Made by a program: the position numbers and the translations under genes
The notes under the pieces: generated by a model
What the model saw: the letters and a program-made list of their open reading frames with translations, nothing else
Told to the model about the DNA's origin: nothing
Database searches by the model: none
Shown here: positions 63,495 to 64,000 of the stretch, in pieces
How the letters are laid out: every line of letters starts with the position of its first letter
Position numbering within the stretch: position 1 is the first letter of the stretch
NCBI GenBank assembly: GCA_963810095.1
Contig: CAWEMM010000012.1
Coordinates: forward strand, 480,001-544,000
Direction: 5' to 3'
Length of the DNA stretch: 64,000 nt
DNA from: an uncultured Chloroflexia bacterium
Lineage (GTDB): Bacteria > Chloroflexota > Anaerolineae > CG2-30-64-16

Positions 63495-64000
63495 ATGCCG
63501 GGACGCTATTATGACGACCTCGAAGTCGGCCAGCACATCCGCCACAGCCAGGGGCGAACCGTGACCGAGGCGGACAACGTCCTCTTCTGTGCGCTGACGA
63601 TGAACACGCAGCCCCTGCACATCAACGAGGACTTCGCGGCCAAGACCGAGTTCGGCCGGCGAATCGTCAACGGCATCTTCACGCTTGGCCTGGTCGTTGG
63701 CCTCACCGTGCCCGAGTTGACCGAGGGGACCATCGTGGCGAATCTCGGATACGAGCGAGTGCTGCACCCGAACCCGGTCTTCCACGGCGATACGATTTAC
63801 GTGGAGAGCGAGGTGCTGGAAAAACGGCCGTCCAAGTCGCGGCCGAACGCGGGCGTCGTGCGCCTGAAGCACACCGGGCGCAAACAAGATGGCACGGTCG
63901 TGGTCGAGGTCGAACGCACCGTGATGTTCCTGAGAGGACCTGGGTCAGGCTTGACCACAAAGCCACAAAGACTCGAAGTAACACAAAGGAGGTTTGGTGA
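63495..64000 (+). CDS. MaoC-family dehydratase (absent from the ORF track; no in-frame stop in the window, true stop may be the out-of-frame TGA near 63952)
   Basis: Manual translation: MPGRYYDDLEVG...GRTVTEADNVLFCALTMNTQPLH...FGRRIVNG...PVFHGDTI. Confidence 0.88.
   Translation, partial: MPGRYYDDLEVGQHIRHSQGRTVTEADNVLFCALTMNTQPLHINEDFAAKTEFGRRIVNGIFTLGLVVGLTVPELTEGTIVANLGYERVLHPNPVFHGDTIYVESEVLEKRPSKSRPNAGVVRLKHTGRKQDGTVVVEVERTVMFLRGPGSGLTTKPQRLEVTQRRFG

Noticed and set aside
22241-63990. CACAAAG repeats as a CRISPR array
   Set aside because: They are dispersed, degenerate and inverted, with no regular repeat-spacer period and no cas genes.

Overview
GC-rich bacterial chromosomal window with no rRNA, tRNA, CRISPR array, transposase or phage gene that I can recognise. 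Gene style (PT-linker lipoproteins, PG-binding/LysM L,D-transpeptidase, non-pyrrolysine MttB genes, patatin, DUF3105) suggests Chloroflexota, Anaerolineae/Caldilineae-like; this is inference. About 20 otherwise intact genes carry single-base frameshifts, most likely long-read consensus errors, so I joined the pieces. Left to right: (1) end of a copper locus (multicopper oxidase, truncated MacB-type permease, Met-rich ORF); (2) envelope and hydrolase genes plus a GH78 rhamnosidase; (3) a 15-kb GntR-linked catabolic operon with a Dpp-type ABC importer, two MttB-family methyltransferases, an atypical Cys/Met PLP lyase, a racemase, an aminotransferase and a pterin-binding methyltransferase; (4) a cytoplasmic beta-mannan pathway (two GH130, cellobiose 2-epimerase, ManA, CE7 esterase); (5) a divergent 17-kb surface-glycan operon (9 GTs, large membrane protein, DUF1616-like protein, kinase, deacetylase, methyltransferase, flippase) preceded by a long, apparently structured leader and followed by a convergent secreted GH26; (6) an acyl-CoA carboxylase/MaoC operon. 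A family of palindromic 9-mer-based repeats marks many gene boundaries. Best candidates for new biology are the MttB/PLP-lyase operon, the structured leader of the glycan operon, and the glycan synthesis plus mannan recycling arrangement.
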